Shown here: in pieces, positions 9,409 to 17,646 of the stretch | Layout: every line of letters begins with the position of its first letter | How positions within the stretch are numbered: position 1 is the stretch's first letter | Assembly: GCA_963976765.1 (NCBI GenBank) | Contig: CAXBME010000006.1 | Span: 1-64,000 of the forward strand | Reading direction: 5' to 3' | DNA: 64,000 nucleotides | DNA from: an uncultured Planctomycetaceae bacterium | GTDB taxonomy: Bacteria; Planctomycetota; Planctomycetia; Planctomycetales; Planctomycetaceae | Notes under the pieces: generated by a model | What the model was told of the DNA's origin: nothing | Database searches by the model: none | The model's input: the letters and a program-made list of their open reading frames with translations, nothing else | Position numbers and translations under genes: made by a program

Positions 9409-11237
9409 GATTGGAAGATATTAAAGAATGCATGTCCCATGCCTGTCAGAGCCTCGCCGACGATCAGACCAGCACACAACGGGACCAGCTTGTGCTCACA
9501 GAATTCCAGCCCCTTCACCTTCTGGATTCCCATCTGAGTCAAGCAGCCGATCCCATAGCCCAGCGTGATCGAGAAAGGCAGGTACATGGCGAGTCCGACC
9601 AGGACTCCGAGCCCAGGCATCGGAGCCGCTCCCAGGCAACCTCCAACTAATGCTCCCATCAGATACTTGTCGACCGGCACGTTGCCACTTTTGACGGCAT
9701 CGATGATCCCCATCAGTGCGCCGCCCTGAGGGGCGGGCAGGCTGGTTCCTAGTCCGAAGCCTCCCTGTCCGCCTTCGCCGCTCTGCCACAACGCGTAAAC
9801 TGCCGCCAACGCGACCAGCGCGCCGAGCCAGGTGACGGCGAACTGAACGACCTGCTGTTTGATTGGGCGCGCTCCGATCATGAAACCAGTCTTCAAATCC
9901 TGCATCATGTCGGCGCCCTGGCCAATTGCTACGCAAACAGCGACGCCCACGACCATTGAAGCGGCGATGTTGCCATTCAGCAGAACCATCATCAGCGTGA
10001 CTGAAATCAGAGCCATGCCGGACATCGGCGAGATGTCGGTCATGCCTGTCGCCTGTGCGACGATCAAGGCTGCCAGGCCAAGCCACAATGTTCCTACAAC
10101 TGCTGAAAGAAGTGCCTGCGGAATGGTGACACCTTCAGTCAGCATCGAAGCGACAAAGAACAGAATAACCGACAGCACTGTTCCGAAGATCAGAGTTTTG
10201 AGCGAGAGTTCATCGCCGCCGACACGGCTTCCCGAACCGGCAGTCTTCGCGGCGGTGGCGAGTGATCTCATGGCACTTTGAATTGCCGGAAAAGCCATCA
10301 CAACACCCATCAACGCTCCACCGACCAGCGTTCCGATTCCGAGCGGTCGTAGCATTTTTGAGTAAATCGCCCAATCGATTCCGCCAAAGTCTTCGATCAG
10401 TTCGGGCGAGACCCAGCCCAGACTGGCAGCCGCCGGCGCGATGACCCACCAGGAAAGAATTCCGCCAGCAAAGAATGGTAACCCGCCTCGTCCAGCCAGC
10501 ATTCCTGCTGCCAGATTCATCAGCGACAGATAAATCACCGGTGCAAACTGTGCGGGAATGAAGCCACAACCGAAGTAGAGTTCTTCGTGTGTGATGCCAA
10601 AGCCGGATGCGGCAATCGCTTCCGGCGTTGAATCCAGCCAGCCGGAAAGCATGACCAGCTTCCAAGCTGCGGCGATCGCAAAACCGATTGCCAGCAGCCT
10701 GGCTTTCTCAACACCGGTCGAGCCCGCTCGAATGATCGTCGTGACGGCGACTCCGGTTGGAAAACGCAACCGATCCATTTCGATCATCTGTTTCCGCAGC
10801 GGGATGATCACGACAACACCCAGAATCGCTCCGGCGATACCGGCAATCGCCAGTGGAAGAGCTTCAAACGCCAGCGAACCGGTGCCATCCTGCTGCCACT
10901 TCTGATTCAGCAGAAACAAAGCCGGGACGGTGAAGATGACTCCCGTTCCAGCCGTGTTGATACCTGAGGCAATGGTCTGGTTGATGTTGTTTTCAACCAT
11001 CGTGCCTTTACGGAGCACTCCACGCAGCAGGGCATAGCCCATAATCGCAGCGACGGTGGAGCCTCCGAGCGAAAAGCCCAGCTTCAGCGCGGCATAACAG
11101 AACGCCAGATTCAGAACGATGCCCTGGACGACGCCGAGCGCGACGGCTTCCCAGGTCAGCTCGCGATACGGCTTTAAGTTGACATCCTCGCTGGCGTTTG
11201 TCGAAAGGTTATCGCCAGCGTTGTTCGCATCGGCCAT
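9384..11237 (-). CDS. OPT/YSL family oligopeptide transporter
   Basis: YAALKLG, ENNINQTIAS, LRFPTGVA, MMQDLKTGF, LPAPQ; many TM segments. Confidence 0.9.
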   Translation of the reverse strand: MADANNAGDNLSTNASEDVNLKPYRELTWEAVALGVVQGIVLNLAFCYAALKLGFSLGGSTVAAIMGYALLRGVLRKGTMVENNINQTIASGINTAGTGVIFTVPALFLLNQKWQQDGTGSLAFEALPLAIAGIAGAILGVVVIIPLRKQMIEMDRLRFPTGVAVTTIIRAGSTGVEKARLLAIGFAIAAAWKLVMLSGWLDSTPEAIAASGFGITHEELYFGCGFIPAQFAPVIYLSLMNLAAGMLAGRGGLPFFAGGILSWWVIAPAAASLGWVSPELIEDFGGIDWAIYSKMLRPLGIGTLVGGALMGVVMAFPAIQSAMRSLATAAKTAGSGSRVGGDELSLKTLIFGTVLSVILFFVASMLTEGVTIPQALLSAVVGTLWLGLAALIVAQATGMTDISPMSGMALISVTLMMVLLNGNIAASMVVGVAVCVAIGQGADMMQDLKTGFMIGARPIKQQVVQFAVTWLGALVALAAVYALWQSGEGGQGGFGLGTSLPAPQGGALMGIIDAVKSGNVPVDKYLMGALVGGCLGAAPMPGLGVLVGLAMYLPFSITLGYGIGCLTQMGIQKVKGLEFCEHKLVPLCAGLIVGEALTGMGHAFFNIFQSWMAGGGQ

Positions 11238-11454
11238 GAAGTCGCTCCGTGACTTCTACAGGAAGTGTTTCAGCGGCTGCTGAATCCTGACTGCCGAATG
11301 AATGCCGTCAGAGGTCGGCGATCCATCCTGCTCGTCAGACTCAGGTTTGCACGATAGGAAGTTGATGCTCGCTTCGGAAGTTTGCGGCAACACCGAGGTC
11401 GCTTCTGGAAAACGGTGGCTGGTGGTTGAGTTCGCATGCTGACCATATGATTTG

Positions 11455-11519
11455 AGCCACAGAGAGCACAGAAGTCACAGAGTCGCTTTCAAGAGCATCT
11501 CTCTAAGGTCTCTGTGGTT
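11455..11519. repeat. 9-nt-periodic intergenic palindrome (CACAGAG type)
   Basis: ccacagagagcacagaagtcacagag ... ctctctaaggtctctgtgg. Confidence 0.7.
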
Positions 11520-11547
11520 GAAACTTTTCGTGACTAAGGAGCGAACG

Positions 11548-12600
11548 ATGAGCGACTCTCAGACTGACTCAGGCAATGGCAGGATCCCACGGCTCGATCG
11601 TCGGGAACTTCTCGCGATGTCGACGACGTTCGGGGCGTCGTTTCTGGCGACTCAGGGGCTGATGTCCCAGGCCGAAGCGGCGGATCAGGAACGCGAGATT
11701 CGCAAAGCCGCCGAGCCCACAGGCAAACGCTACGACATGAAGAAGTCGATCAATCTCTGGGCGTTGCCATATCCCGACAGGATGTCTCTGAAAGATTGCT
11801 TCGAACTGGCAGCGGACGCAGGCTTCGACGGCGTCGAAGTGAACTATAACCTCGAAGGCGACATCTCGCCGGAAGCCAGCGAGGCGGATCTCAAGGCTAT
11901 CGGGAACCTCGCGAGGAAGTGCGGTGTCGAGATCAGCGGCGTTTGTTCGTTCCTCTTCTGGCCGTACCCTCTGACAAGTAATGATCCGGAACGGCGGGCA
12001 ACCGGAACGGAACTCGCCGGCAAAATGGTTCACGCAGCGAAGGCTCTAGGAACGGACAATCTGCTGGTTGTCCCCGGAGCCGTGTACATTCCCTGGAACC
12101 CGGAACCGGAACCTGTCCCCAACGACGTCTGTCTGAAACGGGCGACCGAGGCGATCAAAGCCGTGCTGCCAGCCGCCGAGAAAGCCGGAGTCTCGCTCAA
12201 CATGGAAAACATTTTTGCCAACGGGTTCCTCTTCAGTCCCCAGGAGATGAACTCGTTCGTCGACAGTTTCAACAGCGACTTCGTCAACATTCATTTCGAT
12301 ACTGGAAACATCATGCAGTTCCAGTTTCCGGAACACTGGATCGACAACTGTGGTAAGCGAATTCGCAATGTTCACTTGAAGGAGTACAGCAAGCAGGCCG
12401 GCACAGCGTTCACGCTGGAATCGTTCAGACCATTGCTCGATGGCACGACGAACTGGCCGGCTGTTCTGGAATCCTTCGACCGGGTCGGCTATCGAGGATA
12501 TCTGACCTTTGAATACTTCCATCCGTTTCCGCACTGGCCGGAAGCGTTAATCTACCAGACGTCAGACTCGCTGGATCGAATGCTCGGGCGAAAGGCGTAA
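11548..12600 (+). CDS. Sugar phosphate isomerase/epimerase (xylose-isomerase-like TIM barrel), Tat-like N-terminus
   Basis: AGFDGVE, NMENIF, HFDTGN, VHLKEY, YLTFE; AAGGAG before ATG 11548. Confidence 0.87.
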   Translation: MSDSQTDSGNGRIPRLDRRELLAMSTTFGASFLATQGLMSQAEAADQEREIRKAAEPTGKRYDMKKSINLWALPYPDRMSLKDCFELAADAGFDGVEVNYNLEGDISPEASEADLKAIGNLARKCGVEISGVCSFLFWPYPLTSNDPERRATGTELAGKMVHAAKALGTDNLLVVPGAVYIPWNPEPEPVPNDVCLKRATEAIKAVLPAAEKAGVSLNMENIFANGFLFSPQEMNSFVDSFNSDFVNIHFDTGNIMQFQFPEHWIDNCGKRIRNVHLKEYSKQAGTAFTLESFRPLLDGTTNWPAVLESFDRVGYRGYLTFEYFHPFPHWPEALIYQTSDSLDRMLGRKA

Positions 12601-12656
12601 ACGCCGCTCTTCTCAATCCTCGAACACTGACGCAAAGCCGCAACAGAATTAACTTC

Positions 12657-12726
12657 AACCACGGATTTACGTGGATGGAATGGATGCATCACAAGACATC
12701 CGCGTCTATCCGTGAAATCCGTGATT
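12657..12726. repeat. 9-nt-periodic intergenic palindrome (CACGGAT type)
   Basis: aaccacggatttacgtggatggaatggat ... atccgcgtctatccgtgaaatccgtgatt. Confidence 0.7.
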
Positions 12727-12819
12727 CTTTAAAGGACGGTGAAGGTTCGCTTCCATCGCAACGTTGAAGCAGACCCTGAATTCGGCCTGCTGAATTTTGA
12801 TTCGCTGAGATGTTTACTT

Positions 12820-13623
12820 ATGACCAAACCTCGACCGATGACAATTCCTCGCTTTGTGGCTGCCAAGAGTGGCGATCGCAAGCTGACAATGCTGACGGCT
12901 TATGAGTACTCGTGGGCCCAGATGTTTGACGAGTCCGGCGTCGACTCGATTCTTGTCGGTGATTCGCTGGGCATGGTCGTGCAGGGAAAAGGCTCGACGA
13001 TTCCCGTGACGCTCGACCAGATTATCTATCACGCTGAAATTGTCTGCCGAGCCGTCAAGCACGCCCTGGTCATCGTCGACCTGCCGTTCATGACTTATGA
13101 AGTCAGTCCCGAACAGGCCGTCACGAACGCAGGGCGAATCCTGAAGGAAACCGGAGCGACCGCGGTTAAGATCGAAGGCAGCGCGAACCAGGCCAGGACG
13201 ATCCGGGCGCTGGCTGACGCCGACATTCCGGTGATGGCTCACGTTGGCATGCGTCCTCAGTCGGTCAACAAGCTGGGCGGCCACGGGCGAATCCAGCGGG
13301 ACGCCGACAGGATCATCGCCGACGGAAAGGCTGCTGAGCAGGCAGGAGCGTTTTCCGTCCTTGTCGAACTCGTGCCTCAACGGCTGGCCGCTGAGCTGAC
13401 TTCGACGTTAAACGTCCCAACCATCGGCATCGGAGCCGGCCCGCACTGCGACGGACAGGTTCTGGTCAGCTATGACATGCTGGGCATCACGTCGAGCGAC
13501 TTCTCTCCGAAATTTCTGAAGCGATATGCCGATCTGAGGTCAGTGGCGACTTCGGCAGCCCGGTCATACATCGAAGATGTGCAGTCAGGAACATTTCCCG
13601 ACGATGAGCACAGCCACTCATAG
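12820..13623 (+). CDS. panB: 3-methyl-2-oxobutanoate hydroxymethyltransferase
   Basis: MLTAYE, ILVGDSLGMV, VDLPF, AVKIEG, TIGIGAGPHCDGQVLV; start may be 12820 or 12838. Confidence 0.96.
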   Translation: MTKPRPMTIPRFVAAKSGDRKLTMLTAYEYSWAQMFDESGVDSILVGDSLGMVVQGKGSTIPVTLDQIIYHAEIVCRAVKHALVIVDLPFMTYEVSPEQAVTNAGRILKETGATAVKIEGSANQARTIRALADADIPVMAHVGMRPQSVNKLGGHGRIQRDADRIIADGKAAEQAGAFSVLVELVPQRLAAELTSTLNVPTIGIGAGPHCDGQVLVSYDMLGITSSDFSPKFLKRYADLRSVATSAARSYIEDVQSGTFPDDEHSHS

Positions 13624-13779
13624 TCGGTTATCAGGACCGATCGTAGTCAGGTCGTACGAGTTCTGCGGTTCAAGGCGGTCGCTGGCAAAGCTGGCAGACT
13701 ATTTCTGAAGAATTCGCTCTCCGAAGGGTGGAACTCTCCGAACCTCCCGGCAATAATCCCGGTCCACCAATCACAACGA

Positions 13780-13849
<70 letters not shown>

Positions 13850-13853
<4 letters not shown>

Positions 13854-13924
13854 CTTGAACCTCTTGGTTCAGCAACAGACCAAACCCCACGGTAGCGAAC
13901 TTCGCGACCGTGGGGGTTTCTCTT
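13850..13924 (+). repeat. 75-bp direct repeat, left copy, containing a terminator-like hairpin
   Basis: 73/75 identical to 16747-16821; hairpin aaaccccacggt...accgtgggggttt. Confidence 0.95.
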
Positions 13925-14362
13925 GCGCCCGTCCCGAGCCCCACGCCCTCGCCCGCAACTATCGCTAATCCCCGCAACGGGTTGCGTGTCAGCGAGTGCT
14001 CTCACTTCCCGGCCGAGACCAAGCGAGGCGCGACATCCAGTTTCAGCCCAACCGCGTGCTATCAGTGACTTACAGTCAGCTTGCGTTCGTGCCTGATTTC
14101 ATCCTCGGTGGCTCAAACGTCGTTTTGGACTGGGGGGCGTAACTAAGGGCAGGATCTCTGCCCTCCGGGTTATGTGCGTGACTCTCAGCAAACGCCCTCT
14201 GTAACTTACATATGCAATTTGCAGTCCGTCTGTACTTGCTTCGTGTGTTCTGCCAGACGACCGCAACTTGCATCGCGCCGTCTACCAGAACACATATGCT
14301 TTTTTTCGCCAAACTGTCCGCGATACCGGAGTTTTCGTGACAATTCGCAGCGGGAGCTCGAC

Positions 14363-15652
14363 ATGACGACAGCCGACATCACCAGAATTACTCGGGATGA
14401 TCTTTACCGTCGCGTGTGGTCAACTTCGATCCGCACACTGGCAGCCGAGTTTGGCGTCTCGGATGTGGGGCTCGCGAAGATTTGCGACCGACACCAGATT
14501 CCGCGGCCAGCGGCAGGCCACTGGTCCAGGAAGCGGCATGGAAAAGCAGTGGAGCAAACTCCGCTTGCGGAGATTGACGACGACAAATTGCAGACGATCG
14601 AGATTTCCGTCTGGGACCGCGTCGACGAGCCATGCACTGCGGATCCGGTGATCGCTGATTTGATACTCGCGGAATCGGATCCGGCACAACAAATCACAGT
14701 AAATGACCGGTTGCAGCTTAGGCATCCTTTCGTTCAGGCGACCCGGGACTCATTGAAACGAGGCGACCTCAACGATTACGGGCGAGTGCGACAGAACTGG
14801 CCGGTGACTGACCCGCAATTCGAAGTGCAGGTGTCTCGTGAGAACGTTTCCCGGGCTCTGCGAATTCTGCAGGCGCTGACGACTGCGATGGGAGGACGCG
14901 GTTATGCATTGAAAGCGAGCACGAAACCGACCTACCACACGAATAACTGGGAGCCTTACTTTGAGGTTCTGGGAGAGCAGTTCCGAGTCACACTGCGGGA
15001 GAAGTCGACTCGGTCCAGGCGAAAGCCTGACCCAGCAAAGGACGGTCGCTCGTATGGCTCTCAGTACGAATACACGCCGTCCGGGAACATAGAGCTGTTC
15101 ATCAACTTCGGTTCGTACTCGAACGACGGCGCGGTTCGCGATACGAAGAACACAAGGCTTGAAGAGCGTCTGAATTCGGTAGTCAGCTCCATGCTGCAAA
15201 CGGTCGATACGCGCAGAGTTCAGGCGGAACGTGCGAGGGTCGTGGCGGCGGCCAAGGCTGAGCGAAAGAAGGTTGCCGTCGAGGAAGAAATTGAGCGGCG
15301 TTCGGATTCGGCCCGCATCGAACGACTGCGCAACCTCGTGCAACAATGGGAGACGTTTCAGCGGTACAGGGCATTCGTCGAAGCTGTTCGCAGTGAGATT
15401 GATGCCATGCCCGTCTCAGATCAGGAAACGCTGTACTGGCTCAATTGGGCTGACCAGTTTCTTGATCAGATTGATCCATTGGCTGGCGGAACGAACCTGC
15501 CGACGTACTCGCTGTCAGAAGAAGAGCGTGAGTATCTGCGCCGGGAATGTGAGGCGGACTGGTGCGACTACTCCGAAACATTCCGGCGGAGCGACCCCAA
15601 TCTGGCTATTCCCGCCCAACCACGCCGGGGAAACCAAGATGAACTGCCGTGA
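14363..15652 (+). CDS. Hypothetical protein with N-terminal HTH-like motif and C-terminal coiled coil
   Basis: TRDDLYRRVWSTSIRTLAAEFGVSDVGLAKICDRHQIPRP..GHW; WLNWA..DPL; GGGAG before ATG 14363. Confidence 0.82.
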   Translation: MTTADITRITRDDLYRRVWSTSIRTLAAEFGVSDVGLAKICDRHQIPRPAAGHWSRKRHGKAVEQTPLAEIDDDKLQTIEISVWDRVDEPCTADPVIADLILAESDPAQQITVNDRLQLRHPFVQATRDSLKRGDLNDYGRVRQNWPVTDPQFEVQVSRENVSRALRILQALTTAMGGRGYALKASTKPTYHTNNWEPYFEVLGEQFRVTLREKSTRSRRKPDPAKDGRSYGSQYEYTPSGNIELFINFGSYSNDGAVRDTKNTRLEERLNSVVSSMLQTVDTRRVQAERARVVAAAKAERKKVAVEEEIERRSDSARIERLRNLVQQWETFQRYRAFVEAVRSEIDAMPVSDQETLYWLNWADQFLDQIDPLAGGTNLPTYSLSEEEREYLRRECEADWCDYSETFRRSDPNLAIPAQPRRGNQDELP

Positions 15653-15721
15653 ATCACCCGGACTTGCCCCCGAGCTGCCGGATACAGTTTGACTCAGTGC
15701 CGATTCCAGCCGATCATCCTG

Positions 15722-15784
15722 ACAACAGGACTGGGAATGCCCGGTCGGCAATAGACCCCGGAGAACTCCGGGGTCTTCTGCTTT
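15722..15784 (-). ncRNA. Candidate DUF3800-associated structured RNA element
   Basis: Directly after the corrected DUF3800 stop: AAAGCAGAA, GACCCCGGAG-TT-CTCCGGGGTC, TATTGCC, GAC-C-GGG-CATT-CCC-A-GTC. Confidence 0.55.
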
Positions 15785-16524
15785 TCAGGGGAAGACAAAA
15801 AGCCCATTCCCCTCGATCTCGCCGTCTTCCGATGAGTGGAATTTCGGCTTGAGAATGTCCCATGCCCGGTTGTCCTGGTCGACTTCAGCAGCTTGCGACC
15901 AACGGGCCGCGCGACCAGATCCGCCAGTTGAAGCCCGCAGGAATTACTCTGCTTGCTGGCGAATACGATTTGAAACGGAAACCGCTCGCCGGACGAATTG
16001 GCGCCGTCGCAGACACGACGGAATTCCAGTTCGAGCTCGTTGTCTTCCCGCTTTCCCCGAGCCTCAAACACAACGTGGGTCACGGCCTCGTCGGCGGCGG
16101 CGGGTAGAAACTTGTGCAAAGCTTCGAGGCAGGATGTAACGGCCACGTGATAAAGATTGTGGCCTTCGTTTCCGTGCCTTGCCTGAAACTGGTCCTTGTG
16201 AATCGCGGCTGCGAACAGAGTGAACGGCGCTGCCGAGACAATGTTATTGAGGTCCTGCATGAACGGTTCACGACGTTTCGGATTCAGCAGGATGTTGAAT
16301 GGGCCCGATGCCTTTCGAATCTCGTGCTCGTGCAAGACCACCATGTCATGGCCGAAGTGCCGAAACTTGAATTCCTGCAGCGATGGAGTCACGTGTCGAG
16401 CGTACTCAGATTTTTCGAAGACACAGAACGCCAGGACGAACATCGGATAGTTCGGGTCCATTGAGCTCAGACCGTGATCGCCGCTCTCGTCGACGTACAC
16501 GATATAGTCACTCTGCTGCGTCAC
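15785..16524 (-). pseudogene. DUF3800 (RNase H-like) protein with a 1-nt frameshift near 15881
   Basis: YIVYVDESGD, LHEHEIRK, FEARGKRED, GLQLADLVARP; family-like C-terminus DQDNRAWDILKPKF...GNGLFVFP* lies in a shifted frame ending at 15785. Confidence 0.8.
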
Positions 16525-16746
16525 TTCTGACTCCGGTTCAGACTGGATTCTGAATTCAGACCAGAGAGAAGATTAACGCGGGACTCATCCGTTCAACAGA
16601 CACGAACAGCCCCGTCGGACCGAGACAACGCCGGGCTTGGTCGCGCTATAACGGAAAAACCTCCTGGGATTGTGCTCGGCTCTCTTCGCCGAATCCCACA
16701 GCGAGAATTCGGCCTTAATGCCAGTTTCGACAACCGTTCGGCCCGT

Positions 16747-16821
16747 GCCACTTGAACCTCCTGGTTCAGCAACAGACCAAACCCCACGGTAGCGAACTTC
16801 GCGACCGTGGGGTTTTCTCTT
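16747..16821 (+). repeat. 75-bp direct repeat, right copy
   Basis: gccacttgaacctcctggttcagcaacagaccaaaccccacggtagcgaacttcgcgaccgtggggttttctctt. Confidence 0.95.
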
Positions 16822-16839
16822 ATCAAAATGCACCTTCGT

Positions 16840-17646
16840 TCATGCCTTTCGGCCGACGTAGAGTGTCGCAATGCCAAAGGTCAGCGGCGTCCAGGTTATG
16901 TCGGACAGCCCGGCTGCCCGCATCAGGCCAGCAAGTTCCTCGTCCTGCGGAAACTGTGAAACCGACTGCGGAAGATACTTGTAAGCCGCCTCGCTGTTTC
17001 GCGCCAGAAGCTGTCCAATGCGAGGGAGGATGTTGCGGAAGTACCACCGGTAAACAGCTCCGAAAAGTTTGTTGCGCGGCATCGAAAACTCAAGCACCGC
17101 GACGTGACCACCGGGCTTGCAGACCCGAGTCATTTCTTTCAGGCCGGCGACGGTGTCCGAAACATTTCTCAGACCGAAGGCAACGGACACAATCTGATAG
17201 ACATTGGATTCAAGCGGCAGGTCCATCGTATCGGCTTGCTGAAACATCAGTGGAGCTTTCACGCCGGGCGTTGCCGAGCCGCTTTCTGACGAAGCAGCTT
17301 CTGCCGGGATGCCGAGCTTCGCCGATTTCTGTCGAGCGATGACCAGCATTTCCGGCGTAAAATCGGTACCAACGACCGCTGTCTTTCCGCCAGCTTTTTT
17401 CCAGTAAGCAAGAGCGAGGTCGCCAGTTCCGGTACACACGTCAAGAATTGGTGAATCACCTTGCGGACGGACCTTTCGCACGGTTCGCCAGCGCCAGTAA
17501 TAGTCCACGCCGCCCGAAAGAAAATGGTTCAGGAAGTCGTACCGTCCGGAGATCTCGCCGAACATTTTCTGAATTCGATCGCCGGACTTGTCGACCTGCG
17601 CGGACGATTCAGCCGTAGCGGGTTCGGAGTTTTCAACAGCGGTCAT
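16840..17646 (-). CDS. ubiE: Demethylmenaquinone methyltransferase (UbiE/MenG)
   Basis: MFGEISGRYDFLNHFLS, LDVCTGTGD, AFGLRNV, KPGG, AYKYLPQS. Confidence 0.93.
   Translation of the reverse strand: MTAVENSEPATAESSAQVDKSGDRIQKMFGEISGRYDFLNHFLSGGVDYYWRWRTVRKVRPQGDSPILDVCTGTGDLALAYWKKAGGKTAVVGTDFTPEMLVIARQKSAKLGIPAEAASSESGSATPGVKAPLMFQQADTMDLPLESNVYQIVSVAFGLRNVSDTVAGLKEMTRVCKPGGHVAVLEFSMPRNKLFGAVYRWYFRNILPRIGQLLARNSEAAYKYLPQSVSQFPQDEELAGLMRAAGLSDITWTPLTFGIATLYVGRKA

Noticed and set aside
14146..14178. Resemblance of agggcaggat..cctccgggttatg to the antisense 3' half of tRNA-Met (possible att scar)
   Set aside because: Needs several gaps and is too short to separate from chance
15694..15784. C-terminal extension of the 276-aa DUF3800 ORF in the track
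   Set aside because: Product of the frameshift; it reads through the downstream hairpins
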